Source of the DNA: Pristiophorus japonicus
Taxonomy: Eukaryota
Reading direction: 5' to 3'
NCBI RefSeq assembly: GCF_044704955.1
Contig: NW_027253631.1
Span: 1 to 64,000, forward strand
DNA length: 64,000 nucleotides
The position numbers and the translations under genes are program-made. Positions 25,960 to 40,618 of the stretch are shown in pieces; positions within the stretch are counted from its first letter, which is position 1, and each line of letters starts with the position of its first letter. The notes beneath the pieces are model-generated. The model was not told where the DNA came from. It did no database searches and was given only the letters and a program-made list of their open reading frames with translations.

Positions 25960-26650
25960 GTATGTGCAGAAATCGCAGAAGGTTGAGAGGAGATTTGACA
26001 GAGGTGTTCTCAGGTTGGGAAAGCAGTTATAAAGGCTTCCAGGATCCTGGGCTTCATAAACCGAGGCACAGAGTACTGCCCGTGGGAATGATGATGGACC
26101 TGTATAAAACACGGGTTCGGCCCCAGCTGGAGTATTGTGTCCAATTCTGGGCCCCGCACTTTAGGAAGGATGTGAAGGCCTTAGAGAGGGAGCAGAGTGG
26201 ATTTCCGAGAATGGTTCCAGGGATGAGGGACTTCAGTGACGGGGATAGACTGGAGAAGCTGGGGTTGTTCCCCTTGGAGCAGAGAAGGTTGAGAGGAGAT
26301 TTGATCGAGGTGTTCACAATCATGAGGGATCTGGACAGAGGTCGAGAGAAACTGTTCCCATTGGGGGAAGGGTCAGGAACCAGAGGGACACAGATTTAAG
26401 GCGATTGGCAGAAGAACCAGAGGCGATGTAAGAAAATACTTGTTTACGCAGCGAGTGGTTGGGATCTGGAATTCAGGGCCTGAGAGGGTGGAGGAGGCAG
26501 GCTCAATCCTGCTTTCAAAAGGGAGTTGGATAAATATCTGAAGGGAAAAATATTGGCGGGCTACTGGGAAAGGGCGGGGAGTGGGACTGGCTGGGGTCAG
26601 CACGGGCTCGGTGGGCTGACTGGCCTTTCGTGCTGTGACCATTCTCTGGT
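25960..26650 (+). mobile_element. Old CR1 3' fragment
   Basis: LYKTRVRPQLEYCVQFWAPHFRKD..RRLRGDLIEVF. Confidence 0.85.
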
Positions 26651-27022
26651 TCTAGTCTATAAAATAACATTTGGGAGACAGTAGGAAGGGAACAGGTAGG
26701 AGGTGAAGGTATCGATGGGCCGCCCGTTTCACGCTCCTCACCATTATCCTTTCCATTGAAGTTAGCGGAGAGTAAAATCGGGCGAGAGTGTAAACGGGTG
26801 ACCAGCCCGACCCCGGCAGTTTCCCCGCCCAGCGCCTTGGGTTAAAGTTACTCTCTCTAAGTGTCGGTTCAGTATCAACACGTAAAATACTAAACATTTC
26901 GCCTCTCTCACCAGGGGCGATATTCGGGACAGTGATTCACGAGTTAAAGGCGAACATTAGCGCATTAAGTTAATACAAGGCTGAATTACTGACCATATTC
27001 CTCCCCCTCAGACACCACTTAC

Positions 27023-27322
27023 CCGCTTGATACCTCATGCTGATTGTGTTAGGGAGGTTCGAAGGTCCATGGGCCACTTCACAGGTGTAGACCTCCCCCT
27101 TGGTCCATTCCTTCACAGGCACCGTCAGGTAAGCCACCGTTTCAAAGGTATCGGCGGCTCCCGGTCTGGAAGGGAGAACGATACCCTTCTGGTCCACCCC
27201 GCCTTTCTTCCAGGAAACCTTTAGTTTGTCGGGATAGAATCCAGATATGGCACAGCCCAGGACAGCGGTGGTTTGATTGTAGACAACCTCCGGCGATGGA
27301 ACAAGCGAGATGAGGCTTGGAG
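27023..27322 (-). CDS. IgW: IgW heavy chain constant exon CH2
   Basis: Acceptor gtgttacAG and donor GCGG/GTAAGT; 300 nt, phase 1/1. Encodes PSLISLVPSPEVVYNQTTAVLGCAISGFYP..VSW..YTCEVAH..MRYQA. Confidence 0.93.
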
Positions 27323-27654
27323 CTGTAACACGTTGCAAGATTTCAGATTAAATGGGGTTGGGATTGGCCGCGATCTAATGCAGTAGCAGAACGGGCCGGA
27401 GAGGTTGACTAGCCTACCCCTGTTCCTGTGTTCCCCTGGACAGATATCGAGGGGTATCAACAGAACAAGGGAATCCTGTGGATCTCTCAGGTGACCTTTC
27501 ATCTCACTCAGCCTGTCAATTCACCCCCAATTGTGACTGGATTCTCTCTCGGCCTCTCCTGAAATGTGTGGTTACTTTTCAGATCTGGGCTCGGAAAACC
27601 AGCCTCCCTTTTCACATTTCAGATGCTGACCGATTTGCTGTGTATGTTCACAGC

Positions 27655-28072
27655 ATCATAGAAATTTACAGCACGGAAGGAGGCCATTCGGCCCATCGTG
27701 TCCACACCGGCCGACCAAGAGCTACCCAGCCTAATCCCACTTTCCAGCTCTCGGTCCGTAGCCCTGTGGGTTACAGCACTTCAGGTATACATCCAGGTCC
27801 TGTTTAAATAAGGTGAGGGTTTCTGCCTCTACCACCCTTTCAGGCCGTGAATTCCAGACCCCCACCACCCTCTGGGTTAAAAACTTTCCCCTCAAATTCC
27901 CCCGACCAATTACTTTAAATCTACGTCCCCTGGTTATTGACCCCTCAGCTAAGGGGTCCTTCCTATCCACTCTATCCAGGCCCCTCATAATTTTATACAC
28001 CTCAATCAGGTCTCTCCTCAGCCTCCTCTGTTCCAAAGTAAACAACCCCAGCCGATCCAATCTGTCCTCACA
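27655..28072 (-). mobile_element. Old CR1 3' fragment
   Basis: DRLDRLGLFTLEQRRLRRDLIEVYK..QRVVGVWNS. Confidence 0.85.
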
Positions 28073-28197
28073 GCCAATGTTTCTGCAGGGACCTGAAGAT
28101 CCCACAGTGCCCATAACCGGGTCTGGGATCGGAGTCGACAGGGATGCACTTTGTAATCTTCTCGCTAAGCCTGTGGGGAAACTACAATTATCCACAA

Positions 28198-31100
28198 GGT
28201 GCAGGCAGTGTGAGCCCGTACCTTCACCATTCCCCCTCCATGGTGCAGTGTGAGACGTACCTTCACCATTCCCCCTCCATGGTGCAGTGTGAGACGTACC
28301 GACACCATTCCCCCTCCATGGTGCAGTGTGAGACGTACCGACACCATTCCCCCTCCATGGTGCAGGCAGTGTGAGACGTACTGACACCATTCCCCCTCCA
28401 TGGTGCAGTGTGAGACGTACCTTCACCATTCCCCCTCCATGGTGCAGTGTGAGCCCGTACCGACACCATTCCCCCTCCATGGTGCAGTGTGAGCCCGTAC
28501 CGACACCATTCCCCCTCCATGGTGCAGTGTGAGCCCGTACCGACACCATTCCCCCTCCATGGTGCAGTGTGAGCCCGTACCGACACCATTCCCCCTCCAT
28601 GGTGCAGGCAGTGTGAGACGTACCGACACCATTCCCCCTCCATGGTGCAGTGTGAGACGTACCGACACCATTCCCCCTCCATGGTGCAGTGTGAGCCCGT
28701 ACCGTCACCATTCCCCCTCCATGGTGCAGTGTGAGCCCGTACCGACACCATTCCCCCTCCATGGTGCAGGCAGTGTGAGACGTACCGACACCATTCCCCC
28801 TCCATGGTGCAGTGTGAGACGTACCGACACCATTCCCCCTCCATGGTGCAGTGTGAGACGTACTGACACCATTCCCCCTCCATGGTGCAGTGTGAGACGT
28901 ACCGACACCATTCCCCCTCCATGGTGCAGTGTGAGACGTACTGACACCATTCCCCCTCCATGGTGCAGTGTGAGACGTACCGACACCATTCCCCCTCCAT
29001 GGTGCAGTGTGAGACGTACCGACACCATTCCCCCTCCATGGTGCAGTGTGAGACGTACCGACACCATTCCCCCTCCATGGTGCAGTGTGAGACATACCGA
29101 CACCATTCCCTCTCCATGGTGCAGTGTGAGACGTACCGACACCATTCCCCCTCCATGGTGCAGTGTGAGACGTACCGTCACCATTCCCTCTCCATGGTGC
29201 AGGCAGTGTGAGACGTACCGACACCATTCCCTCTCCATGGTGCAGGCAGTGTGAGACGTACCGACACCATTCCCTCTCCATGGTGCAGTGTGAGACGTAC
29301 CGAAACCATTCCCCCTCCATGGTGCAGCGTGAGACGTACCGACACCATTCCCCCTCCATGGTGCAGTGTGAGACGTACCGACACCATTCCCCCTCCATGG
29401 TGCAGTGTGAGCCGTACCGACACCATTCCCCCTCCATGGTGCAGTGTGAGACGTACCGACACCATTCCCCCTCCATGGTGCAGTGTGAGACGTACCGACA
29501 CCATTCCCCCTCCATGGTGCAGTGTGAGACGTACCGACACCATTCCCCCTCCATGGTGCAGTGTGAGACGTACCGACACCATTCCCCCTCCATGGTGCAG
29601 TGTGAGACGTACCGACACCATTCCCCCTCCATGGTGCAGTGTGAGACGTACTGACACCATTCCCCCTCCATGGTGCAGTGTGAGACGTACCGACACCATT
29701 CCCCCTCCATGGTGCAGTGTGAGACGTACCTTCACCATTCCCCCTCCATGGTGCAGTGTGAGACGTACCGACACCATTCCCCCTCCATGGTGCAGTGTGA
29801 GCCGTACCGACACCATTCCCCCTCCATGGTGCAGTGTGAGACGTACTGACACCATTCCCCCTCCATGGTGCAGGCAGTGTGAGACGTACCGACACCATTC
29901 CCCCTCCACGGTGCAGTGTGAGCCGTACCGACACCATTCCCCCTCCATGGTGCAGTGTGAGCCCGTACCGACACCATTCCCTCTCCATGGTGCAGTGTGA
30001 GACGTACCGACACCATTCCCCCTCCATGGTGCAGTGTGAGACGTACCGACACCATTCCCCCTCCATGGTGCAGTGTGAGACGTACCGACACCATTCCCCC
30101 TCCATGGTGCAGTGTGAGACGTACTGACACCATTCCCCCTCCATGGTGCAGTGTGAGACATACCGACACCATTCCCCCTCCATGGTGCAGTGTGAGACGT
30201 ACCGACACCATTCCCCCTCCATGGTGCAGTGTGAGACGTACCGACACCATTCCCCCTCCATGGTGCAGTGTGAGACGTACCGACACCATTCCCCCTCCAT
30301 GGTGCAGTGTGAGACGTACCGACACCATTCCCGCTCCATGGTGCAGTGTGAGACGTACCGACACCATTCCCCCTCCATGGTGCAGTGTGAGACGTACCGA
30401 CACCATTCCCCCTCCATGGTGCAGTGTGAGCCCGTACCGTCACCATTCCCCCTCCATGGTGCAGTGTGAGACGTACCGACACCATTCCCCCTCCATGGTG
30501 CAGTGTGAGCCCGTACCGACACCATTCCCCCTCCATGGTGCAGTGTGAGCCCGTACTGACACCATTCCCCCTCCATGGTGCAGTGTGAGACGTACCGACA
30601 CCATTCCCCCTCCATGGTGCAGGCAGTGTGAGACGTACCGACACCATTCCCCCTCCATGGTGCAGTGTGAGACGTACCGACACCATTCCCCCTCCATGGT
30701 GCAGTGTGAGACGTACCTTCACCATTCCCCCTCCATGGTGCAGTGTGAGACGTACCGACACCATTCCCCCTCCATGGTGCAGTGTGAGACGTACCGACAC
30801 CATTCCCCCTCCATGGTGCAGTGTGAGACGTACCGACACCATTCCCCCTCCATGGTGCAGCGTGAGACGTACCGACACCATTCCCCCTCCATGGTGCAGT
30901 GTGAGACGTACCGACACCATTCCCCCTCCATGGTGCAGTGTGAGACGTACTGACACCATTCCCCCTCCATGGTGCAGTGTGAGACGTACCGACACCATTC
31001 CCCCTCCATGGTGCAGTGTGAGACGTACCTTCACCATTCCCCCTCCATGGTGCAGTGTGAGACGTACCGACACCATTCCCCCTCCATGGTGCAGTGTGAG

Positions 31101-34100
31101 CCGTACCGACACCATTCCCCCTCCATGGTGCAGTGTGAGACGTACTGACACCATTCCCCCTCCATGGTGCAGGCAGTGTGAGACGTACCGACACCATTCC
31201 CCCTCCACGGTGCAGTGTGAGCCGTACCGACACCATTCCCCCTCCATGGTGCAGTGTGAGCCCGTACCGACACCATTCCCTCTCCATGGTGCAGTGTGAG
31301 ACGTACCGACACCATTCCCCCTCCATGGTGCAGTGTGAGACGTACCGACACCATTCCCCCTCCATGGTGCAGTGTGAGACGTACCGACACCATTCCCCCT
31401 CCATGGTGCAGTGTGAGACGTACTGACACCATTCCCCCTCCATGGTGCAGTGTGAGACATACCGACACCATTCCCCCTCCATGGTGCAGTGTGAGACGTA
31501 CCGACACCATTCCCCCTCCATGGTGCAGTGTGAGACGTACCGACACCATTCCCCCTCCATGGTGCAGTGTGAGACGTACCGACACCATTCCCCCTCCATG
31601 GTGCAGTGTGAGACGTACCGACACCATTCCCGCTCCATGGTGCAGTGTGAGACGTACCGACACCATTCCCCCTCCATGGTGCAGTGTGAGACGTACCGAC
31701 ACCATTCCCCCTCCATGGTGCAGGCAGTGTGAGACGTACCGACACCATTCCCCCTCCATGGTGCAGTGTGAGACGTACCGACACCATTCCCCCTCCATGG
31801 TGCAGTGTGAGACGTACCTTCACCATTCCCCCTCCATGGTGCAGTGTGAGACGTACCAACAACATTCCCCCTCCATGGTGCAGTGTGAGACGTACCGACA
31901 CCATTCCCCCTCCATGGTGCAGTGTGAGACGTACCGACACCATTCCCCCTCCATGGTGCAGTGTGAGACGTACCGACACCATTCCCGCTCCATGGTGCAG
32001 TGTGAGACGTACCTTCACCATTCCCCCTCCATGGTGCAGTGTGAGACGTACCGACACCATTCCCCCTCCATGGTGCAGGCAGTGTGAGACGTACCGACAC
32101 CATTCACCCTCCATGGTGCAGTGTGAGCCCGTACCGACACCATTCCCCCTCCATGGTGCAGTGTGAGACGTACTGACACCATTCCCTCTCCATGGTGCAG
32201 TGTGAGACATACCGACACCATTCCCCCTCCATGGTGCAGTGTGAGACGTACCGACACCATTCCCCCTCCATGGTGCAGTGTGAGACGTACCGACACCATT
32301 CCCCCTCCATGGTGCAGTGTGAGACGTACCGACACCATTCCCCCTCCATGGTGCAGGCAGTGTGAGACGTACCGACACCATTCCCCCTCCATGGTGCAGT
32401 GTGAGACGTACCGACACCATTCCCCCTCCATGGTGCAGTGTGAGACGTACCGACACCATTCCCCCTCCATGGTGCAGTGTGAGACGTACTGACACCATTC
32501 CCCCTCCATGGTGCAGTGTGAGACGTACCGACACCATTCCCCCTCCATGGTGCAGTGTGAGACGTACCGACACCATTCCCCCTCCATGGTGCAGTGTGAG
32601 CCCGTACCGACACCATTCCCCCTCCATGGTGCAGTGTGAGACGTACCGACACCATTCCCCCTCCATGGTGCAGTGTGAGACGTACCGACACCATTCCCCC
32701 TCCATGGTGCAGTGTGAGACGTACCGACACCATTCCCCCTCCATGGTGCAGTGTGAGACGTACCGACACCATTCCCCCTCCATGGTGCAGTGTGAGACGT
32801 ACCGACACCATTCCCTCTCCATGGTGCAGTGTGAGACGTACCGACACCATTCCCCCTCCATGGTGCAGTGTGAGACGTACCGACACCATTCCCCCTCCAT
32901 GGTGCAGTGTGAGACGTACCGACACCATTCCCCCTCCATGGTGCAGTGTGAGACGTACCGACACCATTCCCCCTCCATGGTGCAGGCAGTGTGAGACGTA
33001 CCGACACCATTCCCCCTCCATGGTGCAGTGTGAGACGTACCGACACCATTCCCCCTCCATGGTGCAGTGTGAGACGTACCGACACCATTCCCCCTCCATG
33101 GTGCAGGCAGTGTGAGACGTACCGACACCATTCCCCCTCCATGGTGCAGTGTGAGACGTACCGACACCATTCCCCCTCCATGGTGCAGTGTGAGACGTAC
33201 CGACACCATTCCCTCTCCATGGTGCAGTGTGAGACGTACCGACACCATTCCCCCTCCATGGTGCAGTGTGAGACGTACCGACACCATTCCCCCTCCATGG
33301 TGCAGTGTGAGACGTACCGACACCATTCCCCCTCCATGGTGCAGTGTGAGACGTACCGACACCATTCCCCCTCCATGGTGCAGTGTGAGACGTACCGACA
33401 CCATTCCCCCTCCATGGTGCAGTGTGAGACGTACCGACACCATTCCCCCTCCATGGTGCAGTGTGAGACGTACCGACTCCATTCCCCCTCCATGGTGCAG
33501 TGTGAGACGTACCGACACCATTCCCTCTCCATGGTGCAGGCAGTGTGAGACGTACCGACACCATTCCCCCTCCATGGTGCAGTGTGAGACGTACCGACAC
33601 CATTCCCTCTCCATGGTGCAGGCAGTGTGAGACGTACCGACACCATTCCCCCTCCATGGTGCAGTGTGAGACGTACCGACACCATTCCCTCTCCATGGTG
33701 CAGGCAGTGTGAGACGTACCGACACCATTCCCCCTCCATGGTGCAGGCAGTGTGAGACGTACCGACACCATTCCCCCTCCATGCTGCAGGCAGTGTGAGA
33801 CGTACCGACACCATTCCCCCTCCATGGTGCAGTGTGAGACGTACCGACACCATTCCCCCTCCATGGTGCAGTGTGAGACGTACTGACACCATTCCCCCTC
33901 CATGGTGCAGTGTGAGACGTACCGTCACCATTCCCCCTCCATGGTGCAGGCAGTGTGAGACGTACCGACACCATTCCCCCTCCATGGTGCCGTGTGAGAC
34001 GTACCGACACCATTCCCCCTCCATGGTGCAGTGTGAGACGTACCGACACCATTCCCCCTCCATGGTGCAGTGTGAGACGTACCGACACCATTCCCCCTCC

Positions 34101-37100
34101 ATGGTGCAGGCAGTGTGAGACGTACCGACACCATTCCCCCTCCATGGTGCAGTGTGAGACGTACCGTCACCATTCCCCCTCCATGGTGCAGGCAGTGTGA
34201 GACGTACCGACACCATTCCCCCTCCATGGTGCAGGCAGTGTGAGACGTACCGACACCATTCCCCCTCCATGGTGCAGGCAGTGTGAGACGTACCGTCACC
34301 ATTCCCCCTCCATGGTGCAGTGTGAGACGTACCGACACCATTCCCCCTCCATGGTGCAGTGTGAGACGTACCGACACCATTCCCCCTCCATGGTGCAGTG
34401 TGAGACGTACCGACACCATTCCCCCTCCATGGTGCAGTGTGAGACGTACCGACACCATTCCCCCTCCATGGTGCAGGCAGTGTGAGACGTACCGACACCA
34501 TTCCCCCTCCATGGTGCAGTGTGAGACGTACCGACACCATTCCCCCTCCATGGTGCAGTGTGAGACGTACCGACACCATTCCCCCTCCATGGTGCAGTGT
34601 GAGACGTACCGTCACCATTCCCCCTCCATGGTGCAGGCAGTGTGAGACGTACCGACACCATTCCCCTCCATGGTGCAGGCAGTGTGAGACGTACCGACAC
34701 CATTCCCCCTCCATGGTGCAGTGTGAGACGTACTGACACCATTCCCCCTCCATGGTGCAGTGTGAGACGTACCGACACCATTCCCCCTCCATGGTGCAGG
34801 CAGTGTGAGACGTACCGACACCATTCCCCCTCCATGGTGCAGTGTGAGACGTACCGACACCATTCCCCCTCCATGGTGCAGTGTGAGACGTACCGACACC
34901 ATTCCCCCTCCATGGTGCAGTGTGAGACGTACCGACACCATTCCCCCTCCATGGTGCAGTGTGAGACGTACCGACACCATTCCCCCTCCATGGTGCAGTG
35001 TGAGACGTACCGACACCATTCCCCCTCCATGGTGCAGTGTGAGACGTACCGACACCATTCCCCCTCCATGGTGCAGTGTGAGACGTACCGACACCATTCC
35101 CCCTCCATGGTGCAGTGTGAGACGTACCGACACCATTCCCCCTCCATGGTACAGTGTGAGACGTACCGACACCATTCCCCCTCCATGGTGCAGTGTGAGA
35201 CGTACCGACACCATTCCCCCTCCATGGTGCAGTGTGAGACGTACCGACACCATTCCCCCTCCATGGTGCAGTGTGAGACGTACCGACACCATTCCCCCTC
35301 CATGGTGCAGTGTGAGACGTACCGACACCATTCCCCCTCCATGGTGCAGTGTGAGACGTACCTTCACCATTCCCCCTCCATGGTGCAGTGTGAGACGTAC
35401 CGACACCATTCCCCCTCCATGGTGCAGTGTGAGACGTACCGACACCATTCCCCCTCCATGGTGCAGTGTGAGACGTACCGACACCATTCCCCCTCCATGG
35501 TGCAGTGTGAGCCCGTACCGACACCATTCCCCTTCCATGGTGCAGTGTGAGACGTACCGACACCATTCCCCTTCCATGGTGCAGTGTGAGCCCGTACCGA
35601 CACCATTCCCCCTCCATGGTGCAGTGTGAGCCCGTACCGTCACCATTCCCCCTCCATGGTGCAGTGTGAGACGTACCGACACCATTCCCCCTCCATGGTG
35701 CAGTGTGAGACGTACCGACACCATTCCCTCTCCATGGTGCAGTGTGAGACGTACCGACACCATTCCCCCTGCATGGTGCAGTGTGAGACGTACCGACACC
35801 ATTCCCCCTCCATGGTGCAGGCAGTGTGAGACGTACCGACACCATTCCCCCTCCATGGTGCAGTGTGAGACGTACCGTCACCATTCCCCCTCCATGGTGC
35901 AGTGTGAGACGTACCAACACCATTCCCCCTCCATGGTGCAGGCAGTGTGAGACGTACCGACACCATTCCCCCTCCATGGTGCCGTGTGAGACGTACCGAC
36001 ACCATTCCCCCTCCATGGTGCAGTGTGAGACGTACCGACACCATTCCCCCTCCATGGTGCAGTGTGAGACGTACCGACACCATTCCCCCTCCATGGTGCA
36101 GTGTGAGACGTACCGACACCATTCCCCCTCCATGGTGCAGTGTGAGACGTACCGACACCATTCCCCCTCCATGGTGCAGTGTGAGACGTACCGACACCAT
36201 TCCCCCTCCATGGTGCAGTGTGAGACGTACCGACACCATTCCCCCTCCATGGTGCAGGCAGTGTGAGACGTACCGACACCATTCCCCCTCCATGGTGCAG
36301 TGTGAGACGTACCGACACCATTCCCCCTCCATGGTGCAGTGTGAGACGTACCGACACCATTCCCTCTCCATGGTGCAGTGTGAGACGTACCGACACCATT
36401 CCCCCTCCATGGTGCAGTGTGAGACGTACCGACACCATTCCCCCTCCATGGTGCAGTGTGAGACGTACCGACACCATTCCCCCTCCATGGTGCAGTGTGA
36501 GACGTACCGACACCATTCCCCCTCCATGGTGCAGTGTGAGACGTACCGACACCATTCCCCCTCCATGGTGCAGTGTGAGACGTACCGACACCATTCCCCC
36601 TCCATGGTGCAGTGTGAGACGTACCGAATCCATTCCCCCTCCATGGTGCAGTGTGAGACGTACCGACACCATTCCCTCTCCATGGTGCAGGCAGTGTGAG
36701 ACGTACCGACACCATTCCCCCTCCATGGTGCAGTGTGAGATGTACCGACACCATTCCCTCTCCATGGTGCAGGCAGTGTGAGACGTACCGACACCATTCC
36801 CCCTCCATGGTGCAGTGTGAGACGTACCGACACCATTCCCTCTCCATGGTGCAGGCAGTGTGAGACGTACCGACACCATTCCCCCTCCATGGTGCAGGCA
36901 GTGTGAGACGTACCGACACCATTCCCCCTCCATGCTGCAGGCAGTGTGAGACGTACCGACACCATTCCCCCTCCATGGTGCAGTGTGAGACGTACCGACA
37001 TCATTCCCCCTCCATGGTGCCGTGTGAGACGTACCAACACCATTCCCCCTCCATGGTGCAGTGTGAGACGTACCGACACCATTCCCCCTCCATGGTGCAG

Positions 37101-40100
37101 TGTGAGACGTACTGTCACCATTCCCCCTCCATGGTGCAGGCAGTGTGAGACGTACCGACACCATTCCCCCTCCATGGTGCCGTGTGAGACGTACCGACAC
37201 CATTCCCCCTCCATGGTGCAGTGTGAGACGTACCGACACCATTCCCCCTCCATGGTGCAGTGTGAGACGTACCGACACCATTCCCCCTCCATGGTGCAGG
37301 CAGTGTGAGACGTACCGACACCATTCCCCCTCCATGGTGCAGGCAGTGTGAGACGTACCGACACCATTCCCCCTCCATGGTGCAGGCAGTGTGAGACGTA
37401 CCGACACCATTCCCCCTCCATGGTGCAGGCAGTGTGAGACGTACCGTCACCATTCCCCCTCCATGGTGCAGTGTGAGACGTACCGTCACCATTCCCCCTC
37501 CATGGTGCAGGCAGTGTGAGACGTACCGACACCATTCCCCCTCCATGGTGCAGGCAGTGTGAGACGTACCGACACCATTCCCCCTCCATGGTGCAGTGTG
37601 AGACGTACTGACACCATTCCCCCTCCATGGTGCAGTGTGAGACGTACCGACACCATTCCCCCTCCATGGTGCAGTGTGAGACGTACCGACACCATTCCCC
37701 CTCCATGGTGCAGTGTGAGACGTACCGACACCATTCCCTCTCCATGGTGCAGTGTGAGACGTACCGACACCATTCCCCCTCCATGGTGCAGTGTGAGACG
37801 TACCGACACCATTCCCCCTCCATGGTGCAGTGTGAGACGTACCGACACCATTCCCCCTCCATGGTGCAGTGTGAGACGTACCGACACCATTCCCCCTCCA
37901 TGGTGCAGTGTGAGACGTACCGTCACCATTCCCCCTCCATGGTGCAGTGTGAGACGTACCGACACCATTCCCCCTCCATGGTGCAGTGTGAGACATACCG
38001 ACACCATTCCCCCTCCATGGTGCAGTGTGAGACGTACCGACACCATTCCCCCTCCATGGTGCAGTGTGAGACGTACCGACACCATTCCCCCTCCATGGTG
38101 CAGTGTGAGACGTACCGACACCATTCCCCCTCCATGGTGCAGGCAGTGTGAGACGTACCGACACCATTCCCCCTCCATGGTGCAGTGTGAGACGTACCGA
38201 CACCATTCCCCCTCCATGGTGCAGTGTGAGACGTACCGACACCATTCCCCCTCCATGGTGCAGTGTGAGACGTACCGACACCATTCCCCCTCCATGGTGC
38301 AGGCAGTGTGAGACGTACCGACACCATTCCCCCTCCATGGTGCAGGCAGTGTGAGACGTACCGACACCATTCCCCCTCCATGGTGCAGTGTGAGACGTAC
38401 CGACACCATTCCCCCTCCATGGTGCAGTGTGAGACGTACCGACACCATTCCCCCTCCATGGTGCAGTGTGAGACGTACCGACACCATTCCCCCTCCATGG
38501 TGCAGTGTGAGACGTACCGACACCATTCCCTCTCCATGGTGCAGTGTGAGACGTACCGACACCATTCCCCCTCCATGGTGCAGTGTGAGACGTACCGACA
38601 CCATTCCCCCTCCATGGTGCAGTGTGAGACGTACCGACACCATTCCCCCTCCATGGTGCAGTGTGAGACGTACCGACACCATTCCCCCTCCATGGTGCAG
38701 TGTGAGACGTACCGTCACCATTCCCCCTCCATGGTGCAGTGTGAGACGTACCGACACCATTCCCCCTCCATGGTGCAGTGTGAGACGTACCGACACCATT
38801 CCCCCTCCATGGTGCAGTGTGAGACGTACCGACACCATTCCCCCTCCATGGTGCAGTGTGAGACGTACCGACACCATTCCCCCTCCATGGTGCAGTGTGA
38901 GACGTACCGACACCATTCCCTCTCCATGGTGCAGTGTGAGACGTACTGACACCATTCCCCCTCCATGGTGCAGTGTGAGACGTACCGACACCATTCCCCC
39001 TCCATGGTGCAGGCAGTGTGAGACGTACCGACACCATTCCCCCTCCATGGTGCAGTGTGAGACGTACCGACACCATTCCCCCTCCATGGTGCAGTGTGAG
39101 ACGTACCGACACCATTCCCCCTCCATGGTGCAGTGTGAGACGTACCGACACCATTCCCCCTGCATGGTGCAGTGTGAGACGTACCGACACCATTCCCCCT
39201 CCATGGTGCAGGCAGTGTGAGACGTACCGACACCATTCCCCCTCCATGGTGCAGTGTGAGACGTACCGTCACCATTCCCCCTCCATGGTGCAGTGTGAGA
39301 CGTACCGACACCATTCCCCCTCCATGCTGCAGGCAGTGTGAGACGTACCGACACCATTCCCCCTCCATAGTGCCGTGTGAGACGTACCGACACCATTCCC
39401 CCTCCATGGTGCAGTGTGAGACGTACCGACACCATTCCCCCTCCATGGTGCAGTGTGAGACGTACCGACACCATTCCCCCTCCATGGTGCAGTGTGAGAC
39501 GTACCGACACCATTCCCCCTCCATGGTGCAGTGTGAGACGTACCGACACCATTCCCCCTCCATGGTGCAGTGTGAGACGTACCGACACCATTCCCCCTCC
39601 ATGGTGCAGGCAGTGTGAGACGTACCGACACCATTCCCCCTCCATGGTGCAGTGTGAGACGTACCGACACCATTCCCCCTCCATGGTGCAGTGTGAGACG
39701 TACCGACACCATTCCCCCTGCATGGTGCAGTGTGAGACGTACCGACACCATTCCCCCTCCATGGTGCAGGCAGTGTGAGACGTACCGTCACCATTCCCCC
39801 TCCATGGTGCAGTGTGAGACGTACCGACACCATTCCCCCTCCATGGTGCAGTGTGAGACGTACCGACACCATTCCCCCTCCATGGTGCAGGCAGTGTGAG
39901 ACGTACCGACACCATTCCCCCTCCATGGTGCCGTGTGAGACGTACCGACACCATTCCCCCTCCATGGTGCAGTGTGAGACGTACCGACACCATTCCCCCT
40001 CCATGGTGCAGTGTGAGACGTACCGACACCATTCCCCCTCCATGGTGCAGTGTGAGACGTACCGACACCATTCCCTCTCCATGGTGCAGTGTGAGACGTA

Positions 40101-40479
40101 CCGACACCATTCACCCTCCATGGTGCAGTGTGAGCCCGTACCGACACCATTCCCCCTCCATGGTGCAGTGTGAGACGTACCGACACCATTCCCCCTCCAT
40201 GGTGCAGTGTGAGACGTACCGACACCATTCCCCCTCCATGGTGCAGTGTGAGACGTACCGACACCATTCCCCCTCCATGGTGCAGTGTGAGACGTACCGT
40301 CACCATTCCCCCTCCATGGTACAGTGTGAGACGTACCGTCACCATTCCCCCTCCATGGTACAGTGTGAGACGTACCGACACCATTCACCCTCCATGGTGC
40401 AGTGTGAGACGTACCGACACCATTCCCCCTCCATGGTGCAGTGTGAGACGTACCGACACCATTCCCCCTCCATGGTGCA
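28198..40479. repeat. 12.3-kb array of a 39-bp unit GTGTGAGACGTACCGACACCATTCCCCCTCCATGGTGCA (40- and 43-bp variants), roughly 310 copies
   Basis: Highly homogeneous tandem units in the CH1-CH2 intron. Confidence 0.98.
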
Positions 40480-40499
40480 ATAGTAAATGGTTTCAATCG

Positions 40500-40562
40500 G
40501 TGTGGGGCGGGAACTCGAGGCGCCGACAGCCAATCGGCAGCCGACTTGTAGCTCCGCCCCAT
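40500..40562. promoter_or_regulatory. GC box - CCAAT - GC box cassette
   Basis: GGGGCGGG at 40504-40511, CCAAT at 40530-40534 and GCTCCGCCCC at 40551-40560 (GGGGCGGAGC on the minus strand); locally CpG-rich. Confidence 0.45.
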
Positions 40563-40618
40563 TGTCCTCAACATTGACCTCGGTGTAGGAAGGACGGACA
40601 AAAGAGGCAACGCAAGTT

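Noticed and set aside
26970-27022. CH2 read-through peptide GKWCLRGRNMVSNSALY as the short tail
   Set aside because: There is a strong GTAAGT donor, no nearby AATAAA, and a much better tail exon at 25598-25468.
28198-40479. CRISPR-like regular array
   Set aside because: No unique spacers, no cas genes, eukaryotic intron; it is a pure tandem repeat.
1899-40479. RSS-like heptamers in arrays (CACAGAG, CACACTG)
   Set aside because: No ACAAAAACC-like nonamer at 12- or 23-bp spacing.
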